This document shows, one piece after another, positions 48,101 through 59,950 of a stretch of 64,000 bases of DNA (position 1 is its first letter; every line of letters begins with the position of its first letter). The stretch covers positions 434,001 through 498,000 of the forward strand of contig CP142737.1 in NCBI GenBank assembly GCA_036630325.1. Direction: 5' to 3'. Both the position numbers and the translations under genes were made by a program. This DNA comes from Vairimorpha necatrix. Taxonomy: Eukaryota. Below the pieces are notes generated by a model that saw only the letters and a program-made list of their open reading frames with translations, did not search any database and had not been told where the DNA came from.

Positions 48101-49031
48101 TGTTTCTTTTCTTCTTCTTCGACTATGTTGATGCTACCAGATGATTTTCTCTTTTCTTCTTCAATAAATTTAGATAATTTTTTGCATTCTCTTGTTGCGT
48201 GGAATCCTTCTCCATGCACGATGCAATGTTTTTTGTTTAAGTGAGAATTTCATGATTGTCTCTCTCTGATAAATGACACCTTGTCATGTTTTTTGTTATA
48301 TGGTGTCTCTCTGCCATGTTTTTTGTTGTTAATTGGCCCTCTGCCATAATTGTAATTGAATGATGGTTTACGTCCGTATTCTTCTACTCTAGACAACATC
48401 TTATCTGGATATGGAATCCATGCTATTTCTTCCGCCATTTGGACAAATACTTCCCACGTCTCGGCCGATTTAGAAGCTTGGAATAATAATGATTTTATTT
48501 CAGGTGGGGATTTGTTAATAATCATTTGAAATAAAGCATTCAAGTAAATTTGTTTTCTTTCAGAGATGATCGTGGCTTGTGTCAACATTTTAGAGAAGTC
48601 TTCCCTTGTTTCTGGTATGGGGAGAGAGAGAAATCGGCTCAATGTTATGTCACTATCTTTATTCGCTCCAAATCTGGCCTTCAACATTTTTATAAAGTCT
48701 GCTAGGCTTATTAAGTTCATCTTTCCTGCTAAGACTTGAGATGCCCAGGATAAAGCATTCCCTTTCATTTTAAAAATAAGCGCTTTTTTTATTTGTTGTT
48801 CTGTCCACTCAGAGACCTCTCCCAACATCATTATATCTCGTATCCAGGTGTTTACATCTTCACCTGGCTCCCCGGAGAAATAGTTTGCATTATTTGCAGT
48901 TGTCGCCATGTCAATTGCTTTATTTGTATTTTCCATCCCCTCTTTTGGAAATGGTTTTAAATAGTTTAAGTAGCCAATCAAATACGTTCATTTGTCGAAA
49001 GATGATTGGCTGGACTTGATGGGCTACGACA
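45134..49031 (-). mobile_element. Ty3/Gypsy LTR retrotransposon (123-bp LTRs)
   Basis: LTRs 45134-45256 and 48909-49031 with one mismatch; TSD TTTAC; PBS TGGCGACAAC; purine tract AGTGAGGGG before the 3' LTR. Confidence 0.96.
45260..48936 (-). pseudogene. gag-pol of the 123-bp-LTR element
   Basis: Gag and pol in one frame separated by TGA (48250-48252); LDTGA, YLDD, MTDAS, integrase core; TAA at 45775 and later frameshifts; 3' limit approximate. Confidence 0.9.
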
Positions 49032-49786
49032 TTTACTTTTTTTTAATTTTAAATGCAGGGTTCAGACGGTCATGTATCGATTAAAGTATATTTAGAGATT
49101 CTACAATGTTGGATTTTAATATCGAATCAATATTTGATTTTGTAGTATCTTTCTGATTAAATTTAATTTAAATTCTTTCTAGTATAATTATATGTACACA
49201 GATCTATAGCTATCATTTCTTTATTTTAATTCTTTGAAAAATTAAAGAATGATGCGAAAAAAACAATAAACATTCATTGTGTGTTGTATGGTACAAAAAT
49301 AACATACATATAGTCACAACAATAGAGATTCATCAGGAATTTATTCTTTAAAATATCATAGACGTACAGAACTCAATAATTAACTAAAATTTATGTTGTC
49401 AACTAGCACAATAATTTCTTTAAATAGAATTAAGGATAAATACCGACAATATCAACTTGGTGGTGGGAATCGTTTTTCATAACATCACTTATTTTACTTT
49501 TGTTATCATGTTAAAAAACATGACTTGTCATATTTGTCCTGTTAAATTTATATCTACATTATAATCTTTTGAATTAATAAATTTGTTTCATTGTTTATGT
49601 TTGTGTGCGATATTGTTAAAGTTCCATTGTAAAATTGTTTAAGTTTGTTTGCAATATTGTTTGAGTTTGTTTGTAATATTGTAAAATTGTTTGAGTTTAT
49701 ATGTAAAATTGTTTAAGTTTGTTGATTAAAAAGTTATTTAAACAAACAAATAAAACTATAAATAAAGAAAAAAATTTAACCCCAAT

Positions 49787-51223
49787 ATGTTTTTCGTGAA
49801 CTTGCTCATTGTTTTCATTAAAACAATAAGACCATTTACTGCTGTCATTGCAGAAGGAACATGCGAACAAATACCCGAAGATATTTGTAAGGCTGTAGGT
49901 AGACGAGGGGTTGTAGCTAATTCTACAAATATCAATGCCATGGTAAACTTATTGAATAAAATGAACATTGAAAAGGCCTATGTATTCGGGTGGGAAGATT
50001 GCCCCGAGACCATGGTATTGTATTCTAATGGAGCTCTTGTCCCATACATCAAAGACAGAATCAGTAGTAAATACGCAATGTGCATAGGTGATTGTCCATG
50101 TAGACCTAAAATACTAGGTGAATCTACTAAAGAATGTTGTGCTATTAAGGAAGAGAGACCTAAATCATGTTGCGGAGCAAAGAATGTAGAATCTAAGACC
50201 TGTTGTAGTACAGATAAAAGGGCCGAAAGTCTATGCTCGTGCAATCAGATGCTAGTCAACAAATCTGGTTTTACAATGAAAAACCAACCTCACGTGTCGT
50301 GTTGTAATACGCAAGAAACAACATCATTCTGTAACATTAAAGATCAAGAAGGTAAAATGACAGAATCCAAAAAGTGTTTTCTAACTCAAGAATCAGCGCC
50401 CCGTCAATTTGAAAGATATAAAGGTTCATGTTGTTACATTGACAAGAGATCGTGCTGTAAACAGACACGACCGAGAGCTTGCACTAATGATCGTAAAAAT
50501 AATTGTAGATGTCATTTAAATAAAAGACCGTGCTGCAGTTATGATTATAAACAGCATTGTTTTAAAACAAAAAGATGTTGTATTGATAAAAACTCATACA
50601 ATGATAAGTATCATAAGCGACGACCTTGTGATAATCGCTCATATTGCTTATCCTCAAGATCATGTTGTGATAATGAACACTACGAAGAATCTCATGGATC
50701 AAGACAAGAAAGCGAGTCTTCTTCGGACATTTATATTCAGAGCTCGGAAGAATATTGTGACGTGAAAATAGATAATTGCTTAGTACCTCCTACTATCGAA
50801 CATAATGAATATTTTCAAGAATTTTTTTATGCCGATGAAGAAAGAAAAAATAAAACGACGACAATAAAATCAAAATCTTTTGAATTTAAGACAGTCGAAG
50901 ATGGAAATATTTCTTTAGCAGAAAATGAACACACATATCAACACACAAAAAAAGAAATAGTAATTGACAAATGTGATGGTAAACTGTTGAAAATCCCTAG
51001 AAAATTATATGATCCATTCCTACTCTATCAAATTACTAGTAAACTCAGTTCCAAGCATCGTATGCCCGTGTGTCTATATATAACTGACGATGATTTATTA
51101 TTTGTGATGATAAATCATAAGATGTATCACGTTGACATAACATGTAGAAAGTTAGTACTTGAAGAAGTATGTAATAAAGATAGGGAAATGCTTCAATTGC
51201 ATCTCATAAGATTTAGAAATTAA
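49787..51223 (+). CDS. Secreted Cys-rich spore-wall protein, EnP1/SWP30-like
   Basis: Signal peptide; CCCC before ATG; C-terminal PRKLYDP..LSSKHRMPVCLY..LFVMI resembles the EnP1 C-terminal domain as recalled; central CC-rich region. Confidence 0.7.
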   Translation: MFFVNLLIVFIKTIRPFTAVIAEGTCEQIPEDICKAVGRRGVVANSTNINAMVNLLNKMNIEKAYVFGWEDCPETMVLYSNGALVPYIKDRISSKYAMCIGDCPCRPKILGESTKECCAIKEERPKSCCGAKNVESKTCCSTDKRAESLCSCNQMLVNKSGFTMKNQPHVSCCNTQETTSFCNIKDQEGKMTESKKCFLTQESAPRQFERYKGSCCYIDKRSCCKQTRPRACTNDRKNNCRCHLNKRPCCSYDYKQHCFKTKRCCIDKNSYNDKYHKRRPCDNRSYCLSSRSCCDNEHYEESHGSRQESESSSDIYIQSSEEYCDVKIDNCLVPPTIEHNEYFQEFFYADEERKNKTTTIKSKSFEFKTVEDGNISLAENEHTYQHTKKEIVIDKCDGKLLKIPRKLYDPFLLYQITSKLSSKHRMPVCLYITDDDLLFVMINHKMYHVDITCRKLVLEEVCNKDREMLQLHLIRFRN

Positions 51224-51520
51224 ATAAATACTTAGTGTAACATATTTTCTCAATACACAAAAAAAAACACTTTTCTTCAACACTTCTTTTTTTTCTGATA
51301 TATTACTATTAAAGTAATGACTTAAAAGTTTGAATTTGAATCTTATAATAATGTGTCTTTGTAAAGAACTCATGTCGTTTACAAGCGTGAAATATGCATT
51401 ATTTATTTTTTATGAAAATCATTATTAATAGATGTTGAGAATAGTAGACATAAGGGGTATTTAATAATATTATAGCTATTTATAGTTATTCAACATCCCG
51501 CCCGAAAATACGACTGCGGT

Positions 51521-52076
51521 CTACTGATCTTTTTTAAAATTTGGCTTTTTGAAACATTTTTTGATTCATGTCCCTGTTGTTTACAAAAACTGCAACTTTT
51601 CTTATTGGTGAGCTTATTCATTCTTGTTCTGCTTGTAAGTATTTTAGAAGTGTGAGCCAAAAATTCCTCCATATCAGTGTGTAGGCTTAACATCATGTGA
51701 CTTCCACATTTCCCATAGCAACAGTAAGGCTTAAATATTTTATTATCATTTTATCCGTGGCTCCGAGCCGTTTTAAGTCCTTTCCAAGTCTGCCTAGATA
51801 TTCAGTTACTGTTTCAGTGCTTTTCCTTGTGTTTGCACATACTTTTAAAACGGTGTCAGCTGTGAGTTTTTGGTCTTCGGCACATTTTTCGATGCCCTTC
51901 CATGTTGTAAAACCTTCTTGTAATATATACTCTCCCAAATCTGTACTTGCATTCCTAATTATATAATTGAATTTTTCTTCGTCTTTTAGATTGGACTGCA
52001 GGTTCAAGAGTCTTATTTCCATATTTAAAGTTGATCTACATATACTTTTAGTTCTTTGACTAGTTTCTGTTTCCAT
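51521..52076 (-). pseudogene. Second Gag-like gene with CCHC knuckle, downstream of pol
   Basis: Own CCC-ATG; RKSTETVTEYLGRL gag-like motif; CSFCKQQGHESK(K)C after restoring two 1-nt frameshifts. Confidence 0.75.
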
Positions 52077-52125
52077 TTAAGGGTAATAAATAAAAATTTA
52101 TGTATTTTGGTTTTATAACAAGCAA

Positions 52126-55100
52126 TCATATAGTTGGTACTGATTTGAGCTGAGAGTGGCTCTTTTTGATCAGTTTATCGTTTACTTTTACTAAGTAAGA
52201 GTCATTTTCTAACACTGTATGTATTATTCCCTCTTCAATGTATTTATCGTTGAGCTTGTCCTGTGCCTGCATTGGATTTTGTTGAATAAACACTTGTTCT
52301 CCAATTTCAAATTTTTCACGTGGAAGTTTTTTAAATTCTTTTCCGTATTTTGAATCTTTTTTATTCAATTCTTTCAATGTTTTATTATCAGGATCATCCC
52401 ATGCTTCGTTCGGGGTACAACCTATTGCTCTATTAAATGTATTGTTAATTTTATTTTCTACATCATATAAAATTTCTTCTATTGTTTCCTTTTGATTACA
52501 TTCTATTTTTTTTAATGCTTGCCAAATTTTCCTATGTAATCTTTCTATCCTACCATTAGACTGATGCTTGTCTATAGATATTTATGGTAATTAACTAACA
52601 TATTAGACATGATTTCTTTTATAGTTGTAGCTGTAAATTCTTTTCCATTGTCTGTAATAATTTTCTCAGGAACTCAATCTCTTTAAAAATTTCTGTTATT
52701 GCATTTCTACAAACGCTAGCTTTCTTTGATTTTAAGGGTTTAATCATACATCTACGTGTAAAGTAATCTATACAAGTCATAAGTGTCGTCTTCTAATCAA
52801 TAAACATTAGGTCCATTCCAAATATTTCTAACGGCCTTTGTGTTTCTACAAATTCTTCACCTCCTAAGCTTTTTTGATCGTTTCGGACACATGATTCACA
52901 GTTTTTTATATAATTTGTTATTGATTCTGTCATTTTTGGCCAATAATAGTTCTTTTTCAATTCGTAAGTCATGGCACTTATTCCACCATGCACGGTGTTT
53001 ACTTCGTGTGCTTTATATAAAATGTCTTTTCTTTCAAGAACTTCGGGGAAATATCTAATTTCATTTTCATTTACTTTATAGTACCACTTCCCATCCGAAG
53101 CGATTAATACTTTTTTATTTTTAGTTCTAAGTTCTTCAACTCCTTTTGGATCCTCATAAATCCTGCTAATTGCATCGGCGTCTTAGTTCTTTGCCTTTTC
53201 GATATTCAATTTCGAAATTGTAATCCTGTAATTTTTCTCTCATTCGTTCTAGTCGTAGGTTTCCAAAAATGTGTTTATCTTTCATAGATAAAATTGCAGA
53301 ATGATCTGTTATTACTTTAAACTTTTTTCCTCGTAGATAATAATCAAAGTGTGTAATACTCCAAGCCATCGCCAGAAATTCTTTTTCTATAATTCCATAT
53401 TTTTTCTCAGCATCTGTCAGTTTCTTTGATGCCCAATCTACTACTGCAATTTCGTTATTGTGTTCTTGTTGTAGGCAAGCACCGATTCCTGTATTTGATG
53501 CGTCGGTGGATAGTATAAAGAGTTTGTCGTAGTCAGGAATATGTCTAGCAATTTTACTGTTGATTCTTTCTTTAATAATATCAAATGCTTTTTGTTGCTC
53601 TTCCTTCCATATAAACTCATTCTTCTTTTTAAGTAATTCATAAAGCGGAGCAGATATTGTAGCTAGGTTTGAGATAAACCTTCTGTAATAATTGGCTAAT
53701 CCTAGAAATCGTTGTACCTCATTAATTGTAGTTGGTACTAAAATCTAATACCTTTTTTGATGTTGTTCTATTGGATATTGTTTCTTTCCATCGATCATCA
53801 TTCCTAATAATTTAATAGTTTCTTGTTTAAATTGTAATTTAGTTGGGTTAACCTTGAAGTTGTTTTTTTCAAGTATCGTCAAAACATTAGCTAGGTTATT
53901 GTCATGTTCTTCTTCTGTTGTTCCAAAAATTATTATGTCGTCTAAATAGACGCAACAAGCTGTTTCAAGGTGGTTTTCTAGTAATCTATCCATTATCATT
54001 TGAAACATGCCAGGTGAATTCTTAAAGCCTTGTGGCATCCGTGTGTATTGATATAGTTTATTTTTAAAATAAAATGCAGTTTTATATTTATGTTCAGGTT
54101 TCAGGTGTATTTGATAGTAGGCATCTGTCAGATCTATAACTGTAAAAAAAATTTTGCCTCGCGTGGCATCTACTATGTTTTGAATTACAGGTATTGTATA
54201 GTTGTTATCTTCAACTAGGTTATTCAGAAATTGCATATTGTTTGTAATTCTAACAGTGCCATCTGGTTTTAATACTGGTCTTATGGGATTACACCAAGCT
54301 GATGTCGAACATTCTATATATCCTTGTTCTAATAATTTGTTAATTGTTTCTTGTGCTCCTTTCATTAGGGCCTGTGGTATATTTCTGTATTTTATATTCA
54401 CTGTCTTACCTATCGGAGTGTTTATCTCACACATTATATCCGTGTATCCTTTACTTGTCTTTCCATCAAAAACCTTTGGAAATTTTCTTACAAGCTCCGA
54501 AAGTTCATTTTTAAGTTTTTTTACTTTATTTAAAGTTGGCCTGCCGATAACTATATCTTCATTGGAATTCTTAAAAGCTCCTACATAACATTCCTGAGTA
54601 AGTATAATATCATTGATTTTTAATGTTACCTCTACCTTTTTAGTCAGTTCTGTTACTACCCCAAACACGTTTTTTATTGTTGTATGTTCACAGGGCAATG
54701 CAATAAGTCCTCTTTCTTCTACTTTCTTTTCATTGATAATGTTTACACCTGATCCTTCATCCATAAAAGCGGAGATATTTACACTGTTTAGTTTTATCTC
54801 AGTTACATTATCACTTTTGTTATTATCTATAGGCTCTTTTACTAATTGATTAAATTTTTTCATTTCAGTTTTGTCAGTTTGTTTAATGGGTTCTTTATGT
54901 CTTGGCTCTGAAACGCCTTTTCTTCTCATTACTGTCTCTCTATTAGCTCTTATCTTTTTTACAGTTTTCTTAATATATTCCACTTCATCTTATCTTTTAG
55001 TATCATTTCTTTCTCTTTGTAAATATTACGTTCCATCAAACATTCTTGGATAATCAACATTGAATCTAAGTTAACACATGTATTCTTAATAAGCATTTTA

Positions 55101-55486
55101 GTAAATTCTTGAGGCAAGTTGGCTGCACTTGCCAGGGGAAGAACTCTTTTTATCCAAGTTGCTGTTGCTTCATTATATTTTTGTTTTGATTTTAAAATTT
55201 TCTCTAAAGCATTCCTTTCCATGTATTTTTTAATTCTTCCCTTAAATGTTCGCCATGTAATTTTTGTAAAATTTTCTTTGTTTGTGTATAAGAAATAAGC
55301 GGCTTCATCGTCTGAAAATAATAAGACGGTGTTTATTTTTTCCTCATCTACAATTATATTTTTGTCTTTAAAATATATCTCAAACTTCATGCAATCTACA
55401 AGTGCACTTTTTTAACTTAAGTTGGGTGCTTTCATCCTTATATACGAGTTTTCCGTACCGGGTGCCATGTTGAGAATAGTAGACAT
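52126..55486 (-). pseudogene. gag-pol of the 63-bp-LTR element, several frameshifts
   Basis: Fragments 54959-55390, 53745-54983, 53166-53369, 52793-52993, 52126-52377; ATG at 55486 in the LTR is in frame with 55390 across one TAA. Confidence 0.88.
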
Positions 55487-56739
55487 AAGGGGTATTTAAT
55501 AATATTATAGCTATTTATAGTTATTCAACAATAGAGTTTATTTCTAATTGATATTTGCTCGAACAAACATAATAATACTAATCTACATAAAAACTTTGTT
55601 TAGCATATTTTTACTAAAATTTATCTTAATCATATTTTTTTTTTTCTTGGCTTATATACTTATAAAATCATTTTTTTGTTGTAAAAGGTCTACGTATTAT
55701 TAGACGTAAAATTTTATGAGTTTAGAAGGATTTAGAAATGATATATTTATTTTAAATCATCAATTTGTATTTTGTAATTGACAATTCGTTATGTACGGTA
55801 ATATATCAATTAAATTTAAATTTTATGTTTTAATTCGTTTTGAATGAGTTCTACGATATATTTTATGATATATTTCGTAGGGACCAGGGTATACATCATA
55901 TCATGAGACTTAAAAGCATCGGCATTAGAGTATAGTTTTTTGTACTTACAAATTGGGATATGATACATTTGGATTCATTTCACCTTAGATCATTATTACT
56001 ATAAGTCACATCTATGTCAGATTAACAAACTCTGATTAAACTTTCTATTTTTATACAAACCCATTTTTGTGGCTATAAAGTCAATGATGGCATCATATTT
56101 TTTATATATCTACTTCTACTATATTACACCAATAATGTTAAATGGTTTTTATTTTTTCGTGTTTTAAAACACACCAATTTTATAACTTCATACTTATTGT
56201 GTCATTAAGATTTAATCTAGTTGAGATTCTCAAACTGATTTTTCGAAGAGCATGTATTATATTTTTATACATCTTTATTCGAATTATGTTTTTGTAAAAC
56301 TTAAATCCAATATATCATAAAGACATTTTTTAGAATTTTTTTAACATTTCCACAAAAAAAAACGAAAACATATTACTCATAAAAATGTGTATAATTAGTA
56401 TAAAACAATTGAACCTAAAACATTTAGAAGCTACCCCATTATTGTTTTTAGGTTGGTATGGTTTAATTTTCTATTTAAGTTTTGCTTAGATGTAATTTAT
56501 ACTTTTTTAGAAACCATGATCTTTCCTTTTTAAATTCACCCAGCACAGGTAGAAGTTTAAATAAAAAACAAGAAGAAGAACGAATCAAGTTGATAGCGTT
56601 ATAAAAAAAAGAATGCATACGCTAGTGTACTTTTAAAATATTAAGAAAAAACAATAATTAAAAATTAAAACAATAATACTTATATAAAAAAAATATGAAA
56701 GTAACAAATTGAAAATTCATCCAGGATATTTCAAATTTT

Positions 56740-56815
56740 TTAAAAGGATGCAAAGGTCTTATTGAAGATGATGAAAGTCGATTTGTACAAAGGAAATTAA
56801 AATACTAGTAACGGT
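56740..56815 (+). mobile_element. Tiny Merlin-like transposase remnant
   Basis: IEDDESRFVQRK resembles the VEIDESKF.KRK motif; nothing else recognisable. Confidence 0.3.
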
Positions 56816-58822
56816 AGTGTCTTACACGATTATTGATTTTATATGATGAATAATGACTACTTTATTCAAGAAAAACTTTATAATATGAGAAAATGCATAA
56901 ATGTTATATGTAAATTGATATTGGAAGTCCAGCATAAGGTGTTTATGTTTGTCTGGACAATACAATGTAAATTAATCCTGTTTCTAAAACAAATATTTTT
57001 TTAAAAATAATCGAATCGGCTCTGTATGTCTGAAAAAAATTAGATAAAAAAGATATTGCAGCAATTTGTATTTCGGAAAGATTTTTAACCCGAACCACAT
57101 AAATCTGAACTCAAATAGGAAGTTTAAGCATCCTATTAAATGCCTGAAACCGATAGGGTGTTTAGACAAACAACTATGTACATTCTGTTATTGTTTCTCA
57201 CTTCTTCGTATTTCAATGTTTTGTATGTTACTCAAAAGCCAAATATCTATAATATAATTATCGCCAATATAAAAATAATCCAGAAAAAAATTATAATTTA
57301 TAATATAAAAATCCATAATTCAAATTCTACTATACTGTAACATATTGACGTATAAATTTTGAAGAGCACGAAGTTTACACATTTTATATGGCGTATAATA
57401 ATTTCGCATAAATGAAATTAATTATAGTTTAAAATGAAGTACCAGATTTTTTACGATAATAAAGACCTAAAAACATTTTGGATTGGTTTTAATCTAAATG
57501 AAAATAGAATCAGATTCTACTAGTGTTTTATTAGAAATCAAAACTCAGTTGTAAGTTCTGTATCTCATACATTACGACTTTAAGATTAACGATACAATGA
57601 TTTCTTTAAATATTGAAACCATATTTAGTTGTCATTGTTTATAGCAAAAATAAATTAAGCTTATAGAAAACGTATGAACTGTAAAATACGTAATATGTTA
57701 TTGTTCAAACACCACAGTATATATGCAATTGAACTAGAGCTAGAAGACTGCAGTGAGACATGATACAGACAAAATACATAAAATGAATTTGGAACCCAGA
57801 GAAAATTTAGATAATAAAGTACGGAAGAAGAAATAAGCCATTATAGCCTAATTCTAATGTTTTTTGGGTCGCTTCGCAAAAAACCTAAAGCCATGAGACA
57901 ATTCTCAATTGTATATTTTTTTTATTTCACTTATCTAATGCAAAAATTATTTTCATATTTAAATTTATAATCGGAATCTATTTATTTTATATTTATACGA
58001 CTGTTTTTGATAAAAAAAATTTCTTTATTAAATCAAGAGCCTATTTCTAAAAAATTATTGTTTTCTTTTTTTAGACATTAAAATGCATTTTGTTAATATT
58101 TTCTAATTTTTTGTTGGAGACAATATATCCTGAGAGACACAAAAACGTTTTACAAATTCAGAAACATAATCTTATAAATTTAAATTGAAGTTTTCACTAA
58201 ACGGGGGTTACTTGTAAATATTGTTAATTATGGTCAAATTAAATGGATCCACGAGAGTTAAAATAATTTAATGTTTATTTTTTAGACATATCCAAGTTAA
58301 AGGGCATTTATTTATAAAATATATCTTTGGATATTCAATCCACAACAGTTATTCTTATGTTTTTTGGTTTAAAACATATTTTTTTTAATGAGAAACAAAA
58401 TATTTTGGAAACATATGTTTTTTAATATATTCTTGCTATAGTATCCGATCAAATATTGACGAAACATATTTTTACAAGTAGAGATTTGTTTGCCTGCATA
58501 TATCATTAAAAACATTTATAAAGAAGGGATGAGATATTAATTTAAAAAATTTACAATTCTTGTAACAGCTACATCGATTTCCCACATTGGTTATATACAG
58601 TTACAACACCTCTTTAAGTAAAATTATATGTAAATGTCTTAAAAATTATCCCCCCAAAAAAATATTAATCTTTTTGTCGCGGCCAAATAAGGGGCCTGGT
58701 CATGATGGTATGTTGATTTATAATTTTTAAATGTGTTTCATCGTTTTATATATTAATTTTGTGGCTCAATGTTCATATTTAAGAAAATTTAATGATTTTG
58801 TTTGAATTTATCTCAAGCTAAC

Positions 58823-59034
58823 TGCCATGTCTTGCGGTACCTTGTTGGTTTTTAAAAAGGAAATGTAAATAGATTTACAAGTTGAAGAGTAATTCATATT
58901 TATTTAAAAATAATTTTCTTAAATAGTTTTTTCTGAATCAAATCAAATATAATTGGTTACACGAGTACCAATTAAAACATTGATCTGAAACAACTATTTC
59001 CTTGAGTATAATTGGTCATAGTGAGGGTATGACA
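58823..59034 (-). mobile_element. Solo LTR of element A family
   Basis: Matches LTR 16584-16796 except for a 1-nt G deletion; TSD CTAAC. Confidence 0.96.
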
Positions 59035-59434
59035 CTAACAAAATATACCTGTATAATTATATATTTTTGTAGGGCTACTGTCATGTCATAATGACATATC
59101 ACATAAAATAAATCTGTCAAACATCTTATCACTGATCGGCAAAAGTCAATAAAAAAAACTTTAGAAAGATATTTATTATGTAAGATACAAACAATTAGTA
59201 TTCTTGTAAAACGTTATTAAATTAAAAATAAAAGAAAGGCATGTAATCTAATCAAGCAAGGCCAATAAAGCTTTCAGTAAGTTAAGCAATAAAAATATAT
59301 TTTAAGAGCATAAATACTTTTACTAACATAAATTAATATACAATTATATATGATGTAATATTTGTAGTATACATCACAAACTCACCTTGGAAAAGGTTTA
59401 GAATATTTTTATTATGTATAAGTCGACGTCAATT

Positions 59435-59714
59435 TGACATCTATCATCATATAGATGTCAAGTTACTTATTTATTTGTTGACCCAACAATAAAACAAAAC
59501 AAATGTGCAATAGACAATATAATTTTATTTCTGAGAAATAGAAAATAGATCATTTAATTATCAGAATAATCATAGTTTAAGATAAATATATAAGTTGTGT
59601 TCATGTATAATACTGTAGTATCATGTAGATTCAACTCTTTATAAAGCATCATTTAGAATCCATGTTTTTTTATACAATTTTTACACAATTATAAATGTTG
59701 CTAATCTCAGGTCA
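59435..59714 (+). mobile_element. Tentative solo LTR upstream of rDNA
   Basis: Starts with hairpin TGACATCTAT-CATCAT-ATAGATGTCA; flanked by CAATT on both sides (alternative right end at 59685). Confidence 0.4.
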
Positions 59715-59950
59715 CAATTTTGATCAGTGAATCAGTGATTAATCAATCATTTGCTGATTTATTAAAATAATTTTTTACCCTTGTAAAATTTTATTTCATC
59801 CAATCTGATATTATATCATTTATTAAGTATTTTTAAACAATTATAGTTTTCATATTTTATATTATAAGAATTTGTATTAAGAAATATATTTATTTCTAAT
59901 ATTTTCATAAATACTGATTAAAATCAAATATATTGATTTTTAATACACAA

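Larger units (their letters stand above)
44602..49078 (+). mobile_element. Decayed Merlin/IS1595-like element interrupted by an LTR retrotransposon
   Basis: ORF 44797-45030 IVVTDQWRTY..HRTMNH..NFV..QTIKNLFS; imperfect 27-bp inverted termini at 44602-44628 and 49052-49078; no clear TSD. Confidence 0.65.
51433..55530 (-). mobile_element. Ty3/Gypsy LTR retrotransposon with 63-bp LTRs and an extra 3' ORF
   Basis: Identical LTRs 51433-51495 and 55468-55530 (TGTTGA..TCAACA); TSD ATAGA; PBS TGGCACCCGGTACGG; gag, PR (MDEGS), RT (YLDD), RH, IN in broken frames. Confidence 0.95.

Noticed and set aside
18773-48252. In-frame TGA in two otherwise long gag-pol frames, suggesting stop-codon reassignment or programmed readthrough
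   Set aside because: Host PTH2 ends in TGA. The first stop lies mid-RT at a conserved Arg, and the second element has other lesions (TAA at 45775, frameshifts). Simple nonsense mutations are more likely.
51490-52076. env gene in the 63-bp-LTR element
   Set aside because: No signal peptide or transmembrane segment; the motifs are Gag-like instead.
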